From assembly GCA_963765495.1 (NCBI GenBank), contig CAVXWP010000007.1, positions 608,001 to 672,000 on the forward strand: 64,000 nt of DNA, written 5' to 3'. The position numbers were made by a program, and so were the translations under genes. Position 1 is the stretch's first letter. Each line of letters starts with the position of its first letter. Shown in pieces: positions 34,440 to 44,198 of the stretch. The notes below the pieces were generated by a model that saw only the letters and a list, made by a program, of their open reading frames with translations, did no database searches and was not told where the DNA came from. Origin of the DNA: Blastocatellia bacterium (lineage in GTDB: Bacteria > Acidobacteriota > Blastocatellia > UBA7656).

Positions 34440-36116
34440 ATGCAAATAAAGAGGGCCAGAAAAGTATACGATGTCATCGTCGTAGGCACGGGAGCCGGTG
34501 GCGGCATGGCGATCAAAACCCTGTGCGAAGCGGGGCTGAATGTGCTCGCGCTCAATTCCGGTCGCCGTCTTGATCCGGCCACAGATTTCCGCAATCACAA
34601 GATGAGTTACGATCTGAAGTATCGCGGTTTCGGCGATCCAAAACGGCGTGACCAGTATTATCACATCGAAAACGAATACAGCGACGGCCTCTGGGAACAC
34701 GGTATAACTTATACGACCGCGCCCGGCACGCAGTGGGAATGGCCGCGCTGTCACGCGGTCGGCGGCAAGACGAATTTCTGGGGGCGTTCGTCGGCGCGTT
34801 TCGGCGACATAGACTTTCGCGCCGCGAGCCTCGACGGATTCGGTGTAGACTGGCCGGTGAGATACGAAGAGGTCGCGCCCTATTACAGCAGGGTCGAGCG
34901 AATGATCGGCGTGTGCAGCACGGTGCAGAATCGCCCGAGCAACCCGGACGGCGAATACCTGCCGCCCTTCAATTTTCGCTGTATAGATTATATTCTCCAA
35001 AACGGCTGCGAAAAGGTCGGCGTGCCTTATCTGCCGGACCGCCACGCTCAATTGACCGTAGATCATAACGGCCATCCGAAGTGCCATTATTGCGGCAACT
35101 GCACGGAAGGCTGCGACACCGGATCATTCTTTTCGACGCCCTGGTTTCTGCTGCCGTCGGCGGAAAAGACGGGCAAGCTGGAGCTTAGAACCGATACGGT
35201 GGCCTCTCACGTCATCGTCAACGAGAAGGGAAGGGCCGCAGGCGTTGCCTATGTTGATCGTAAGAGCAAACGGGAAATCGAAGCCTATGCAAAGGTCGTT
35301 ATCATAGCTGCTTCGTGCGTAGAGACGGCGCGCATAATGCTCAACTCGAAATCGCGCCGCTGGCCCGCAGGTATGGCAAATTCGAGCGGGCAGGTGGGGC
35401 GTAATCTCTGCGATCATCTGTACGGCACGACCGGCAACGGCTACCTGCCGCACCTGCTCGGCCAGCCGAGTTTCCCCGATAATGTCTCAGCGGCTCAGGT
35501 TGCCTGGATGCCGCGCTGGCAAAATCTGACGGACCCGCGTGAAGAGAAGTTTATTCGCGGCTACTCGGTCTATCCTTACGGCGGGTGCGGCGATTATCCC
35601 TGGTACTCCAATCGCCTCGAAGGCTTTGGCGCAGAGTTCAAACGCGACATCAAACGTTACTATCCGACGCCCGTGGGGTTCTATTGCCAGATTCCGTCTC
35701 TGCCTTCCGAGACCAACTTCGTCGAGATAGACCCGGAGGTGAAAGACATCTATGGCATCCCGGTCGTGCGGATACACTTTCAGTGGGGCGAGAATGAGTT
35801 GTTGATGTGGGAGCACGCCAAAAACATTTGCTTTGATGTTATCAAAGCTTCGGGCGGCGAGTATTGGGGTGCGGCAGAGCAGCCGGAAACGCCGGGCTTC
35901 AGCCTTCACGAAACCGGCACTTGCCGTATGGGCGACGATCCGAAGAAGTTTGTAACCAACCGCTTTGGCCAGTGCCATGATGTGCCCAACCTTTACTGCT
36001 GTGACGCCAGCGTCTTTCTATCCTGCACGGATAAGACGACGACCCTGTCCATACTGGCTTTTACACTGCGAACCTCTGAATACCTGATTGAAAACTTTCG
36101 CGCGGGGAAACATTGA
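34440..36116 (+). CDS. GMC family oxidoreductase
   Basis: VVGTGAGGG, CHYCGNCTEGC, HETGTCRMG. Confidence 0.9.
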   Translation: MQIKRARKVYDVIVVGTGAGGGMAIKTLCEAGLNVLALNSGRRLDPATDFRNHKMSYDLKYRGFGDPKRRDQYYHIENEYSDGLWEHGITYTTAPGTQWEWPRCHAVGGKTNFWGRSSARFGDIDFRAASLDGFGVDWPVRYEEVAPYYSRVERMIGVCSTVQNRPSNPDGEYLPPFNFRCIDYILQNGCEKVGVPYLPDRHAQLTVDHNGHPKCHYCGNCTEGCDTGSFFSTPWFLLPSAEKTGKLELRTDTVASHVIVNEKGRAAGVAYVDRKSKREIEAYAKVVIIAASCVETARIMLNSKSRRWPAGMANSSGQVGRNLCDHLYGTTGNGYLPHLLGQPSFPDNVSAAQVAWMPRWQNLTDPREEKFIRGYSVYPYGGCGDYPWYSNRLEGFGAEFKRDIKRYYPTPVGFYCQIPSLPSETNFVEIDPEVKDIYGIPVVRIHFQWGENELLMWEHAKNICFDVIKASGGEYWGAAEQPETPGFSLHETGTCRMGDDPKKFVTNRFGQCHDVPNLYCCDASVFLSCTDKTTTLSILAFTLRTSEYLIENFRAGKH

Positions 36117-36149
36117 CCCGCCCGTATCAACGGAAGAGGGGTAGCTTTT

Positions 36150-36914
36150 GTGATGGTCAATTGTGAGAGCGGCAGCCCGTCAGGCGACGGGATAAAATGG
36201 TGCGGCCCGACAGGAGATTACGAGGCGATGAGCCGGTCGGCCTCTGAATTGATTGTCGAAGAAATACGCCGCCGACCGGACCTGTTATTATGCGCTGCCA
36301 CGGGCTCAACGCCGACACGTTGTTATGAATTGCTCGCCGAGAAACGGCGAAGCGAGCCTCGATTATTTGATCGGCTGCGAGTCTTGAAGCTTGACGAATG
36401 GGGCGGATTGCCTGTGAACGATCCGGCGACCTGCGAGGCTTATCTGCGGCATTACGTCGTCGAGCCTTTAGGCATCAATGATGCTCGGTATCTCACTTTT
36501 CAAAGCGACGCGCCTGACCCGCAGGTCGAATGTCTGAGAGTCCGCCACCTGCTTGCCGAGCAGCCGCCGATTGGCCTTTGCCTGCTTGGGCTTGGACTCA
36601 ACGGGCACATCGGATTGAATGAGCCTGCCGATTCCTTGCAAGCCTTTACGCACATCGCCGAACTCTCCGAGAGTTCCGCCCGTCACGTTATGTTGGATAA
36701 AGCCACGCGACCGCCTGAATACGGAATAACACTCGGCATGCGAGAGATACTGACATCCGAAAAAATCATTCTGCTCGTCAGCGGCGCAAGCAAGAGCGAG
36801 CAACTGAAGCGTTTGCGATCACAGCACATTTCGACCGCGTTCCCGGCGTCATTATTGTGGCTGCACGGAGATGTTACCTGTCTGTACGACCGGGAAGCGG
36901 CGGCAGACCTGTAA
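36150..36914 (+). CDS. Glucosamine/galactosamine-6-phosphate isomerase/deaminase (NagB/AgaI family)
   Basis: ATGSTP, LDEWGG, LGLGLNGHIGLNEP, FPASLL. Confidence 0.85.
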   Translation: MMVNCESGSPSGDGIKWCGPTGDYEAMSRSASELIVEEIRRRPDLLLCAATGSTPTRCYELLAEKRRSEPRLFDRLRVLKLDEWGGLPVNDPATCEAYLRHYVVEPLGINDARYLTFQSDAPDPQVECLRVRHLLAEQPPIGLCLLGLGLNGHIGLNEPADSLQAFTHIAELSESSARHVMLDKATRPPEYGITLGMREILTSEKIILLVSGASKSEQLKRLRSQHISTAFPASLLWLHGDVTCLYDREAAADL

Positions 36915-36975
36915 ACATTATGCGCGATTTTTGGCAGGCCGTGGAATAAGGCTATGCAAGAGAAAGGTGGAGAGC

Positions 36976-38058
36976 ATGAGTAAACCTGTACGAGTTGGGA
37001 TTATTGGTTCGCAGTTCATCTCAACGATTCACGCCGACGCTTTGCGGCAATGCTCGGGTGCCGAATTGTTTGCCGCCGCCTCAACGAACGAGAGCCATAT
37101 TAAAGCGTTCGCCGAGCAATTCGGCATACCGCATCACCTTACCGACTATCGCCTTATGCTTGAGATGGATGAGATAGATATGGTTGTGGTCGGAGTTCCC
37201 AATGATCTGCACTGTCAGGTCGCCTTAGACGCTGCCCAGGCAGGCATGCACGTTGTCATGGAAAAGCCTTTGTGTCTTAACCTGGCCGAGGCTGACCGGA
37301 TGATCGAGGCCTGTCGCCGGGCTGGCGTCAAGTTGATGTATGCGGAAGAACTCTGCTTTGCGCCAAAGTACGTTCGCCTCAAGCAACTGCTCGATTCAGG
37401 CGCGCTCGGAAAGCCGTTGTTGCTCAAGCAGTCAGAGAAACACGACGGGCCGCACGCCTCGCACTTCTGGGATGTGAATCGTGCAGGCGGCGGCGTAACA
37501 ATGGATATGGGTTGTCACGCTATAGAGTTCTTTCGCTGGATGCTCGGGCGGCCAAAGATCAAATCCGTATACGCGCATATGGGTACTTATCTGCATACGG
37601 ACAAGACCGAAGGCGACGACAATTCGATTCTGATATTTGAGTTTGAAAACGGCGCGACGGCGGTGGCAGAGGAAAGCTGGACCAAACCGGGAGGCATGGA
37701 TGATCGTGCCGAGGTGCACGGCTCACAGGGAGTCGCCTACGCGAATCTGCTGCAAGGTAATTCCATACTGACCTATAGCAGTATCGGTTACGATTACGCG
37801 GTGGAAAAAGCGGGCTCGACAACGGGCTGGAGTTTTACCATTTACGAAGAGGCATGGAATTACGGCTTCCCACAGGAGATGGCGCATTTCGTTGATTGTG
37901 TGAGGCGAGACCTTCAGCCTGAGGTTACGGGTGAAGATGGTCGCGCCGTGCTCGAAGCCATCTTTGCGGCTTACGAATCGGCAGGCACCGGGCGCAGGGT
38001 CGAACTGCCGTTTCATAGCGATGCGCAAAAGCCGTACGATCTTTGGCGGAAGAGTTGA
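36976..38058 (+). CDS. Gfo/Idh/MocA family oxidoreductase
   Basis: VGIIGS Rossmann start, PNDLH, EKPL, DMGCH. Confidence 0.9.
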   Translation: MSKPVRVGIIGSQFISTIHADALRQCSGAELFAAASTNESHIKAFAEQFGIPHHLTDYRLMLEMDEIDMVVVGVPNDLHCQVALDAAQAGMHVVMEKPLCLNLAEADRMIEACRRAGVKLMYAEELCFAPKYVRLKQLLDSGALGKPLLLKQSEKHDGPHASHFWDVNRAGGGVTMDMGCHAIEFFRWMLGRPKIKSVYAHMGTYLHTDKTEGDDNSILIFEFENGATAVAEESWTKPGGMDDRAEVHGSQGVAYANLLQGNSILTYSSIGYDYAVEKAGSTTGWSFTIYEEAWNYGFPQEMAHFVDCVRRDLQPEVTGEDGRAVLEAIFAAYESAGTGRRVELPFHSDAQKPYDLWRKS

Positions 38059-38068
38059 TGCCGATGAT

Positions 38069-38662
38069 TTATCGGGTGAAGCTAAATTCAGGCGATATGC
38101 CTCCGTCCGGGTTTCTGACCTGCAAGGTTACAGGGAGTCCGGCTTTTATCTTCTTACCGGTTTTCGGCGCTGACAATTTAGTAACCGGTTCGATCTGATC
38201 GTTTGTCGTACCTGTCTGGTCTTTGCCTTCAATCACTATCACGGCTCCGGGGTGGAAGCCTTCGCCGAAAACGGTCAACGTGCCGTGACTTACCTCAGCG
38301 CCGGTGATTTTCGGAGAAGATTTTCCTCGCTGTGTTCCGATAAAAGTTATAAATGTATCACCGCTGCCCCGATAATTTGCCTGTTGCGGGCTTGCCGTCA
38401 CAAAGTTGGATGAATAGGTTTCTCCCGTGACATAAATATTTCCAGATCTGTCCACCGCAATGGCATTGGCCGCATCCTCATCTGAGCCGCCAAAATAGGA
38501 TGAAAAAATCAGACCCGGATTATTTATGGGCGATTGGTTGCTGACATATCCGGCATCTCTAACTTCCCGACTGTGGCCAAAGCTTAAAGGCTGCAACACG
38601 GTGAGCAGTAATCCGGTAAGGACAATTGCGCAGAGTATTAGAACACGCGCTTGACTACACAT
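38069..38662 (-). CDS. Short secreted protein with a single SBBP beta-propeller repeat and an Ig-like C-terminal domain (possibly internally deleted)
   Basis: FSSYFGGSDEDAANAIAVDRSGNIYVTGETYSSNF, then PKITGAEV...VFGEGF..GAVI...LQVRNPDG. Confidence 0.6.
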   Translation of the reverse strand: MCSQARVLILCAIVLTGLLLTVLQPLSFGHSREVRDAGYVSNQSPINNPGLIFSSYFGGSDEDAANAIAVDRSGNIYVTGETYSSNFVTASPQQANYRGSGDTFITFIGTQRGKSSPKITGAEVSHGTLTVFGEGFHPGAVIVIEGKDQTGTTNDQIEPVTKLSAPKTGKKIKAGLPVTLQVRNPDGGISPEFSFTR

Positions 38663-39262
38663 AAGCGGGACTCCTTTTATTCAAAGCGTGATGCGGATAA
38701 GCCGCAGTATAGCACGGTAAATTAATCGGGTGTTAGCAATTATTTTCTCATTGAGTGACTAAATTATCTGAAACGTTAACACCGGCAACCGAAGCACATT
38801 CGACTCCCTGAAACTCCACGCCTTACAGGGCGGTGAAGAGGTCATCGTCCACTGGAAATGCAATTGATCGCCGGCGAGATTTAAAGGGCCTGCTCTTTCT
38901 TCAAGGGAGGCGCCTGATTTGGGCCTATTATTTTGCCAGCAAGCGAAAAAGCCTATACGATTTGCAAAGGTTGAATGAGACATCAATCCCATTCGGATTT
39001 TCGATGGAAGCCCGATTTCTTCCACGATCCTGAGTACATGTTGCCTGATAACCTTGAGCGGTTACGGGCGTGAGGGTTATCATCGAAATGTTCGCCTGCT
39101 TTAAGAGAGTTTGCTCTGGGGATAGAGGCGCTGGGACTATTCATCCGTAGCGAGCCGGTTGACCCACGGCTGTAAAATGTAATCTCTCGAAGCGGATTGT
39201 CGGTCACGCACTCGCGGCGGCCGGTTTTTCTAATCATCGTTCTTCATCCGGGGGGATGCCTT

Positions 39263-39742
39263 ATGTCCAAAATCATTGAACTCAATGTGAATAAAACCCG
39301 TCGTCGTGTAGAGGTGGAGCCTGAAAAGAGTTTGTTGAGCGTGCTGCGCGATGATCTTGATCTGACGGGAAGCAAGTACGGCTGCGGGGAAGGGCAGTGC
39401 GGAGCCTGCACCGTGCTGATCGGCAGCACGCCGGCTCGTTCCTGTATTACAAAGGTCGGCTCTGTTGCCGACAAACAGATCACGACGATTGAGGGTCTTG
39501 AAAACAACGGGCGGCTGCATCCGCTTCAGCAAACCTTTCTCGAAGCAGACGCCTTGCAGTGCGGCTACTGCACTTCGGGTATGATCATGTCGGGTGTCGC
39601 CCTTCTTAGTAAAAACTCTAGTCCCGAAGAATCCGAGATCATCCGATTCATGGAGGGGAACATTTGCAGATGTGGAACCTATCCCCGGATAGTAGCCGCT
39701 ATCACGAGCGCGGCGCGGATGATGAAGGGAGGTGTGAAGTGA
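39263..39742 (+). CDS. 2Fe-2S small subunit of a xanthine dehydrogenase-family molybdoenzyme
   Basis: GCGEGQCGAC, QCGYCT, NICRCG. Confidence 0.92.
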   Translation: MSKIIELNVNKTRRRVEVEPEKSLLSVLRDDLDLTGSKYGCGEGQCGACTVLIGSTPARSCITKVGSVADKQITTIEGLENNGRLHPLQQTFLEADALQCGYCTSGMIMSGVALLSKNSSPEESEIIRFMEGNICRCGTYPRIVAAITSAARMMKGGVK

Positions 39743-41964
39743 GCGACAATATAAGCGATAAACTCACATCCGAAGAGAGAATTGAAATACCTATCGAACC
39801 GGAACGGTATGAACTCTTTGCCTCGCCCCTCTATCGGTTCAAGATAGACCGGCGCGAGTTCTTCAAACTGTTTGGCGGCGGCATCGTTCTGTTTTTCACC
39901 CTCAAAGATGCGGTTGCGTTTCAAAGACCGCAACAAAAACAGTTGGGCGAATCAGGCCGCGCCTCTTCCGGCAGGTCGCTCCCCGAAGAGATCGGCGGCT
40001 GGCTTCACATCGGCGAAGACGGCCGCGTTACGGTCTACACGGGTAAGGTTGAAGTAGGCCAAAACATCCGCACATCGCTTGCCCAGGTCGTGGCCGAAGA
40101 GCTTCGCGTTCCTCTTGAGTCTATTAGTCTTGTAATGGGTGACACAAATCTCACGCCCTTCGATATGGGGACATTCGGGAGCCGGACCACGCCCGTTATG
40201 GGCGCGCAACTCAGAACGGTCTCCGCCGCCGCGCGCGAGGTCTTGATTGATCTTGCCGCCGAACGATTAAAAGCAGATCGCGCTTTGCTTCAAGCCGCCG
40301 ACCAGAGGGTATTCAATACCAGAACAAAACAATCAATCGGTTACGGGCAACTCACAAAGGGCCAGAAACTCTTAAAAGAGATTTCGCAGGATGCGCCAAA
40401 GACCCCGCCGGATAAGTGGATGGTCGCGGGCAAGTCGGCTCCAAAAGTTGATGGCCGGGCCTTCGTCACAGGAAAACACCATTACGCATCCGACATGAAA
40501 CGACCGGGGATGATGTACGGGAGAGTGGTGCGGCCCACGGCTTTCAACGCTGCGCTTGCCGCCTGCGACACGCGCGCGGCCGAAGCTCTTGCGGGCGTGA
40601 CCGTAGTTAAAGACGGCAATTTCATCGGCGTCGCAGCGCCCGACTCGCATCTGGCGGCGCGGGCGGCGCGACTCGTCAAAGCCGAATGGAAGACTACGCC
40701 GCAACCATCCTCTCAGGAACTTTTCGATTATCTCAAAAAGAAGACCTCGGAAGGGCGAGGATACGAGAGAAATTCTCCGACCGCGCGAGGCTCTATTTCA
40801 GAAGGACTCGCCGCCGCCGATAAAAAATTAGAGCAAACCTACACGGTGGCCTACATAGCTCACGCGCCGCTTGAGCCTCGCGCCGCCCTGGCCGAATGGG
40901 ATGAGGGAAAGCTTACGGTGTGGACCGGAACGCAGCGCCCCTTTGGCGTGCGTGGCGAACTGGCAGAGGCGTTCAACATCACAGAAGATCGCGTTCGCGT
41001 CATCATGCCCGACACAGGTTCGGGTTACGGCGGCAAGCATACGGGCGAAGCGGCTATCGAGGCGGCGCGGCTGGCCAGAGCCGTCGGCAAACCCGTGAAA
41101 CTTGTGTGGACGCGCGAAGAGGAATTTACGTGGGCTTATTTCCGGCCTGCCGGTGTGATTGATATATCGAGCGGCGTCAGAGACGATGGCACGATCACGG
41201 CCTGGGAGTTCCACAATTATAATTCGGGCTCTGCGGCCATTCAGCCCCTTTATGAAATTGCGAATCAGCGCATAGAGTTTCACGCCTCCGACTCGCCACT
41301 CAGACAGGGATCGTATCGGGGTCTTGCGGCAACCGCGAATCACTTTGCGCGGGAAATGCACATGGACGAGATGGCTCGTAGCCTGAACATGGACCCGCTG
41401 GAATTTCGCCTGAAGAACCTGAAAGATGAGCGGTTCCGAGCCGTTCTCGAAGCCGCCGCCAAAGCCTTTGGCTGGGGCAAGATCAAGAGCGCGCCCGGTC
41501 GCGGTTTTGGCATCGCGGGCGGATTTGATAAGGGAGGATATGTCGCCACCTGCGCGGAGGTGGGTATAGACCGCTCAACCGGCAAAGTGAAAATCGTTCG
41601 TGTCGTGGAGGCTTTTGAATGCGGCGCGATCATCAACCCCGATCAACTCAAGAATCAGATCGAAGGCGCGATCATAATGGGCATCGGAGGCGCTTTATTC
41701 GAAGCCGTCGAATTTGAGAACGGCAAAATCCTCAACTCGCGATTTTCAAGTTATCGCGTTCCTCGCTTCGGCGATGTCCCAAAGATCGAAGTGGTGCTGA
41801 TAGACCGCAAAGACCTCCCTTCGGCAGGTGCCGGAGAATCTCCGATTGTCGGTCTGGCCCCCGCCGTCGGCAGCGCTATATTCGATGCCACAGGCATCCG
41901 CCTGAGATCGCTTCCGATGGCGATCAGCAGCCTTGAGCAGGGGCGAAATGGACAGCGTATCTGA
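39739..41964 (+). CDS. Molybdopterin-binding large subunit (IorB-like)
   Basis: DRREFFK, GKVEVGQ, HAPLEP, GSGYGGK, GAGE; GTG start overlaps the upstream stop. Confidence 0.88.
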   Translation: MSDNISDKLTSEERIEIPIEPERYELFASPLYRFKIDRREFFKLFGGGIVLFFTLKDAVAFQRPQQKQLGESGRASSGRSLPEEIGGWLHIGEDGRVTVYTGKVEVGQNIRTSLAQVVAEELRVPLESISLVMGDTNLTPFDMGTFGSRTTPVMGAQLRTVSAAAREVLIDLAAERLKADRALLQAADQRVFNTRTKQSIGYGQLTKGQKLLKEISQDAPKTPPDKWMVAGKSAPKVDGRAFVTGKHHYASDMKRPGMMYGRVVRPTAFNAALAACDTRAAEALAGVTVVKDGNFIGVAAPDSHLAARAARLVKAEWKTTPQPSSQELFDYLKKKTSEGRGYERNSPTARGSISEGLAAADKKLEQTYTVAYIAHAPLEPRAALAEWDEGKLTVWTGTQRPFGVRGELAEAFNITEDRVRVIMPDTGSGYGGKHTGEAAIEAARLARAVGKPVKLVWTREEEFTWAYFRPAGVIDISSGVRDDGTITAWEFHNYNSGSAAIQPLYEIANQRIEFHASDSPLRQGSYRGLAATANHFAREMHMDEMARSLNMDPLEFRLKNLKDERFRAVLEAAAKAFGWGKIKSAPGRGFGIAGGFDKGGYVATCAEVGIDRSTGKVKIVRVVEAFECGAIINPDQLKNQIEGAIIMGIGGALFEAVEFENGKILNSRFSSYRVPRFGDVPKIEVVLIDRKDLPSAGAGESPIVGLAPAVGSAIFDATGIRLRSLPMAISSLEQGRNGQRI

Positions 41965-42115
41965 TCTATTATATGAGGTTATCGAGTTTTGCCGGTGAAG
42001 TTTGTGTGCGCGAGGCAACCCCTGGCCCGGGCTTTGCAATCCTACTAAATAAGGAGGAGTTCCAGTGGGGGAGCTACAGGACAGAGAAAGAGGACAGAGA
42101 AAGGTGAAACAGAAA

Positions 42116-42775
42116 ATGAATCGGCATAGATTAAAGAGAGTAATTACAGGAATGGCCTTTGCCCTCGCGCTTTTGTTTGGCGTGGGAGGCATTTTGCCTA
42201 CCACTGCTCAGGCGCAAAATCGCAACCGCGCCCGTTCGGAGCACAATAGCCGTTCGGATAGAGACCGCGATAATCATCGAGATAGGGACGATAACTGGCG
42301 CAGGAATCAAAATAGGGACAATGATTGGCGCAGGGATCGCGAAAGGGCTCAAAGAGATGCCCGCGCCCGCGAGGTTGCTAGACTTCGAGAGATCGAAAGA
42401 CGTAGAGAGCTTGAAAGGCGTAGAGAGCTTGAACGATACAGATACAGCAACAACCGCTACCCCTACAGCTACGGACGCTCCTATCCAAACAATTATCCGT
42501 ACTACGGTAACTCGGGCAACTCAGGCTACTACAACGGATATGCTTCAAACATAGCGCAGCAGAACGGCTACCGTGAGGGGCTTGATAGAGGTCGGGACGA
42601 TGCTCGCCACAACAGAGCATACAATCCGGCCAATTCCAGTCGCTATAGAGATGGGGACAGAGGATACCACTCTGAGTACGGCTACAAGGAAGCCTACAAG
42701 GCTGCATTTCGCGACGGATTTCGGCGGGGATATGATGAGGGTTATCGCCAGTATGCCGGCTATCGAAGGTGGTAA
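42116..42775 (+). CDS. Secreted low-complexity Arg/Asp/Tyr-rich protein
   Basis: Signal peptide ending TAQA, then RD/RERE repeats and GY.EG..RG motifs. Confidence 0.65.
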   Translation: MNRHRLKRVITGMAFALALLFGVGGILPTTAQAQNRNRARSEHNSRSDRDRDNHRDRDDNWRRNQNRDNDWRRDRERAQRDARAREVARLREIERRRELERRRELERYRYSNNRYPYSYGRSYPNNYPYYGNSGNSGYYNGYASNIAQQNGYREGLDRGRDDARHNRAYNPANSSRYRDGDRGYHSEYGYKEAYKAAFRDGFRRGYDEGYRQYAGYRRW

Positions 42776-42791
42776 GCTGCGGGGATAATTC

Positions 42792-42844
42792 AAGCGGCCT
42801 GCGCGCTCGGCATCTTGAATGTTGAGCGTGCAGGCCGCTTTGTT
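42792..42844. terminator. Bidirectional terminator hairpin
   Basis: AAGCGGCCTGCGCGCTCGGCAT...ATGTTGAGCGTGCAGGCCGCTTT between convergent genes. Confidence 0.7.
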
Positions 42845-42868
42845 GAATCGAGTAATTTTATGGTTGAT

Positions 42869-43321
42869 CTATGCTCGCGCTGTTGCCGCAAGTCTCTTCT
42901 TTTGTGCTTCCATTTCCGCGCCTAGTTCTTCAATCTGTTCCTTTGACAAAACATCGCGGGCGCTCTTGAACATCTCGCCTTCTTCTTCCTCGACGTGATG
43001 CTCGACGTTTTCCTTTAGCACTGTGAGTTTTGCCGTCCATTGCTCACTCTCCACAGGCGTCGAATCCATCTCTTGCAAGAGTTGTTTGAAAATTTTGTGT
43101 TCTTCAAAGCCTTCAAGAGTGATCGCACGAGTTTCGGCTGCCTTCTTCAGCACCGGGTAAAATATCTGTTCTTCAATCTGCGCGTGAATCTCTAATTCGG
43201 TTTTCAATTTCTCAAAAAGCTCTTCTCTTGTCTTCGTTGCGCGCTCTGTAGTCGGCTCAAGTTTCTCGAAAATTTGAGACACCTTTTTATGGTCATCTTT
43301 CAGCAACTCAAATGCATTCAT
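42869..43321 (-). CDS. Hemerythrin-like (HHE) domain protein
   Basis: LLKDDH, HAQIEEQIFYP, EEH, HHVEEEE. Confidence 0.85.
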   Translation of the reverse strand: MNAFELLKDDHKKVSQIFEKLEPTTERATKTREELFEKLKTELEIHAQIEEQIFYPVLKKAAETRAITLEGFEEHKIFKQLLQEMDSTPVESEQWTAKLTVLKENVEHHVEEEEGEMFKSARDVLSKEQIEELGAEMEAQKKRLAATARA

Positions 43322-43466
43322 ATCCGGTTCCCCCTGATCGTCGAATGTTGTAAGAACCCTGATGAATACAAAATCACGGCCCTTCAAACCCGCGTTTCCA
43401 ATAAAAAGTCTATGAGGGCCGGGACAACGGCATCAAAGCCCGCCGCCCCGGCCTAGTTTATTAACT

Positions 43467-43652
43467 CTAGCGGTTGCTTCCTTGTTGGCCGCCGCCCTTC
43501 TGGCCGCCCTGTCCGCCTTTCTCAAAATTGGGGTCTTGCTGACCACCTGTTCCGCCCTGACGTCCTTGCTGGCCGGTTTGACCGCCGCTCTGTTTTTGTT
43601 GATCTTTCTGACTATCCTGTTCGCCCTTGCCAGTTTGCTTGTTCGATGACAT
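43467..43652 (-). CDS. Small Gly/Gln-rich hydrophilic protein (stress-induced-like)
   Basis: 61 aa with GGQ/QKGG repeats and an AGGAG RBS upstream on the minus strand. Confidence 0.6.
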   Translation of the reverse strand: MSSNKQTGKGEQDSQKDQQKQSGGQTGQQGRQGGTGGQQDPNFEKGGQGGQKGGGQQGSNR

Positions 43653-44198
43653 GTACTTACTCCTTAGTTTCAGTTCTTGAATATCAATTAAGGATAGATC
43701 AAAATCTATCCACGATTTGAGTCAGCCTATTTAGAGCAACAGGCGTTCCTCCGATTTGTCTGACTCTCCTATCGAAGAAAAGCGTCGATTCATTGAGATT
43801 ATCAGTAAACTTTTATGCCGCCCGAGCGATTCCGGTACATGTTCTAAATCATACGCGACACGCAGGAATGAGACATCGCCGTACAAATATTGAGCATAAA
43901 GCAGGCGACCGGAACAGAAATGAAATATGAAATCAAATATCGAACAATGATTAAAACTTCACCGCCGATACACCCTCTATTATGAGAGGCCGTCTGCCCT
44001 CAGACAACCCGTCGCGCGCTGACGGGCGCAAACTCGTTTCTCGCCTTTATTCAACTCTGCATCCTGGTCTTGATATATGTTTATCCTGTGCTTATGATTC
44101 AGAGCGGCTCGCTGTTTTGGCAAGCGCAACAACTTAATACCTTCGACTGAAAATGGACCGCAGGACGGCTTTCGTCTGCCGCGATTGAGGAGGACAAG

